NCBI GenBank assembly: GCA_030390025.1
Contig: CM059432.1
Location: 100,256,001-100,320,000 of the forward strand
Direction of reading: 5' to 3'
Length of the DNA: 64,000 nucleotides
From: Squalus acanthias
Lineage: Eukaryota
This document shows, piece by piece, positions 63,770 to 64,000 of the stretch; the first letter of the stretch is position 1, and each line of letters opens with the position of its first letter. The notes beneath the pieces are model-generated. The model was given only the letters and a program-made list of their open reading frames with translations, was not told the DNA's origin and made no database searches. Position numbers and translations under genes: made by a program.

Positions 63770-64000
63770 CTGTAGCAGAAAGATACACATATGAGACATA
63801 AGAAAGCAGCAATCATACTGTCAGAAACCTGCTGGTCCAAATTACAGCCTACAAGTTCCTCCACATCTCAGAGAGAAATTGGTTTCACATATAATTTGAT
63901 CTGCACTTTTATTTTCACATTTTCTAAATATTAAAATGATTGCTGTTAAATTTAGTTTCATAACTGGTCAACATTCATACAATGAACATCAGCTTTACTG

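Overview
Eukaryotic (vertebrate) DNA. The repeat complement suggests a cartilaginous fish (inference). The only host gene I can support is the 3' end of CSMD3 on the minus strand: the last two coding exons (63634-63769 and 61105-61264) and about 2 kb of 3' UTR. The other ~59 kb is downstream DNA made mostly of transposon relics. These include several PIF/Harbinger elements with the two-gene layout (HARBI1-like DDE transposase and a spliced Myb/SANT gene, tail to tail) plus many derived MITEs, CR1 and L2 LINE fragments, Deu-type SINEs, a Charlie-like hAT, a young Tigger/pogo-like MITE, solo LTRs and Penelope-like end fragments with hammerhead-like motifs. The main structural oddities are: (i) an apparently identical 8,750-bp tandem duplication (24852-33601 / 33602-42351) with a 2-bp junction microhomology; (ii) a chimeric CR1 insertion (53539-55672) carrying ~440 bp copied from the flank of another CR1 about 13 kb away; (iii) a Harbinger nested cleanly inside an older Harbinger transposase; (iv) a CpG-island-like, minisatellite-bearing core inside the hAT. 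I found no intact novel multi-gene system; every recognisable transposon gene here is disrupted or truncated.
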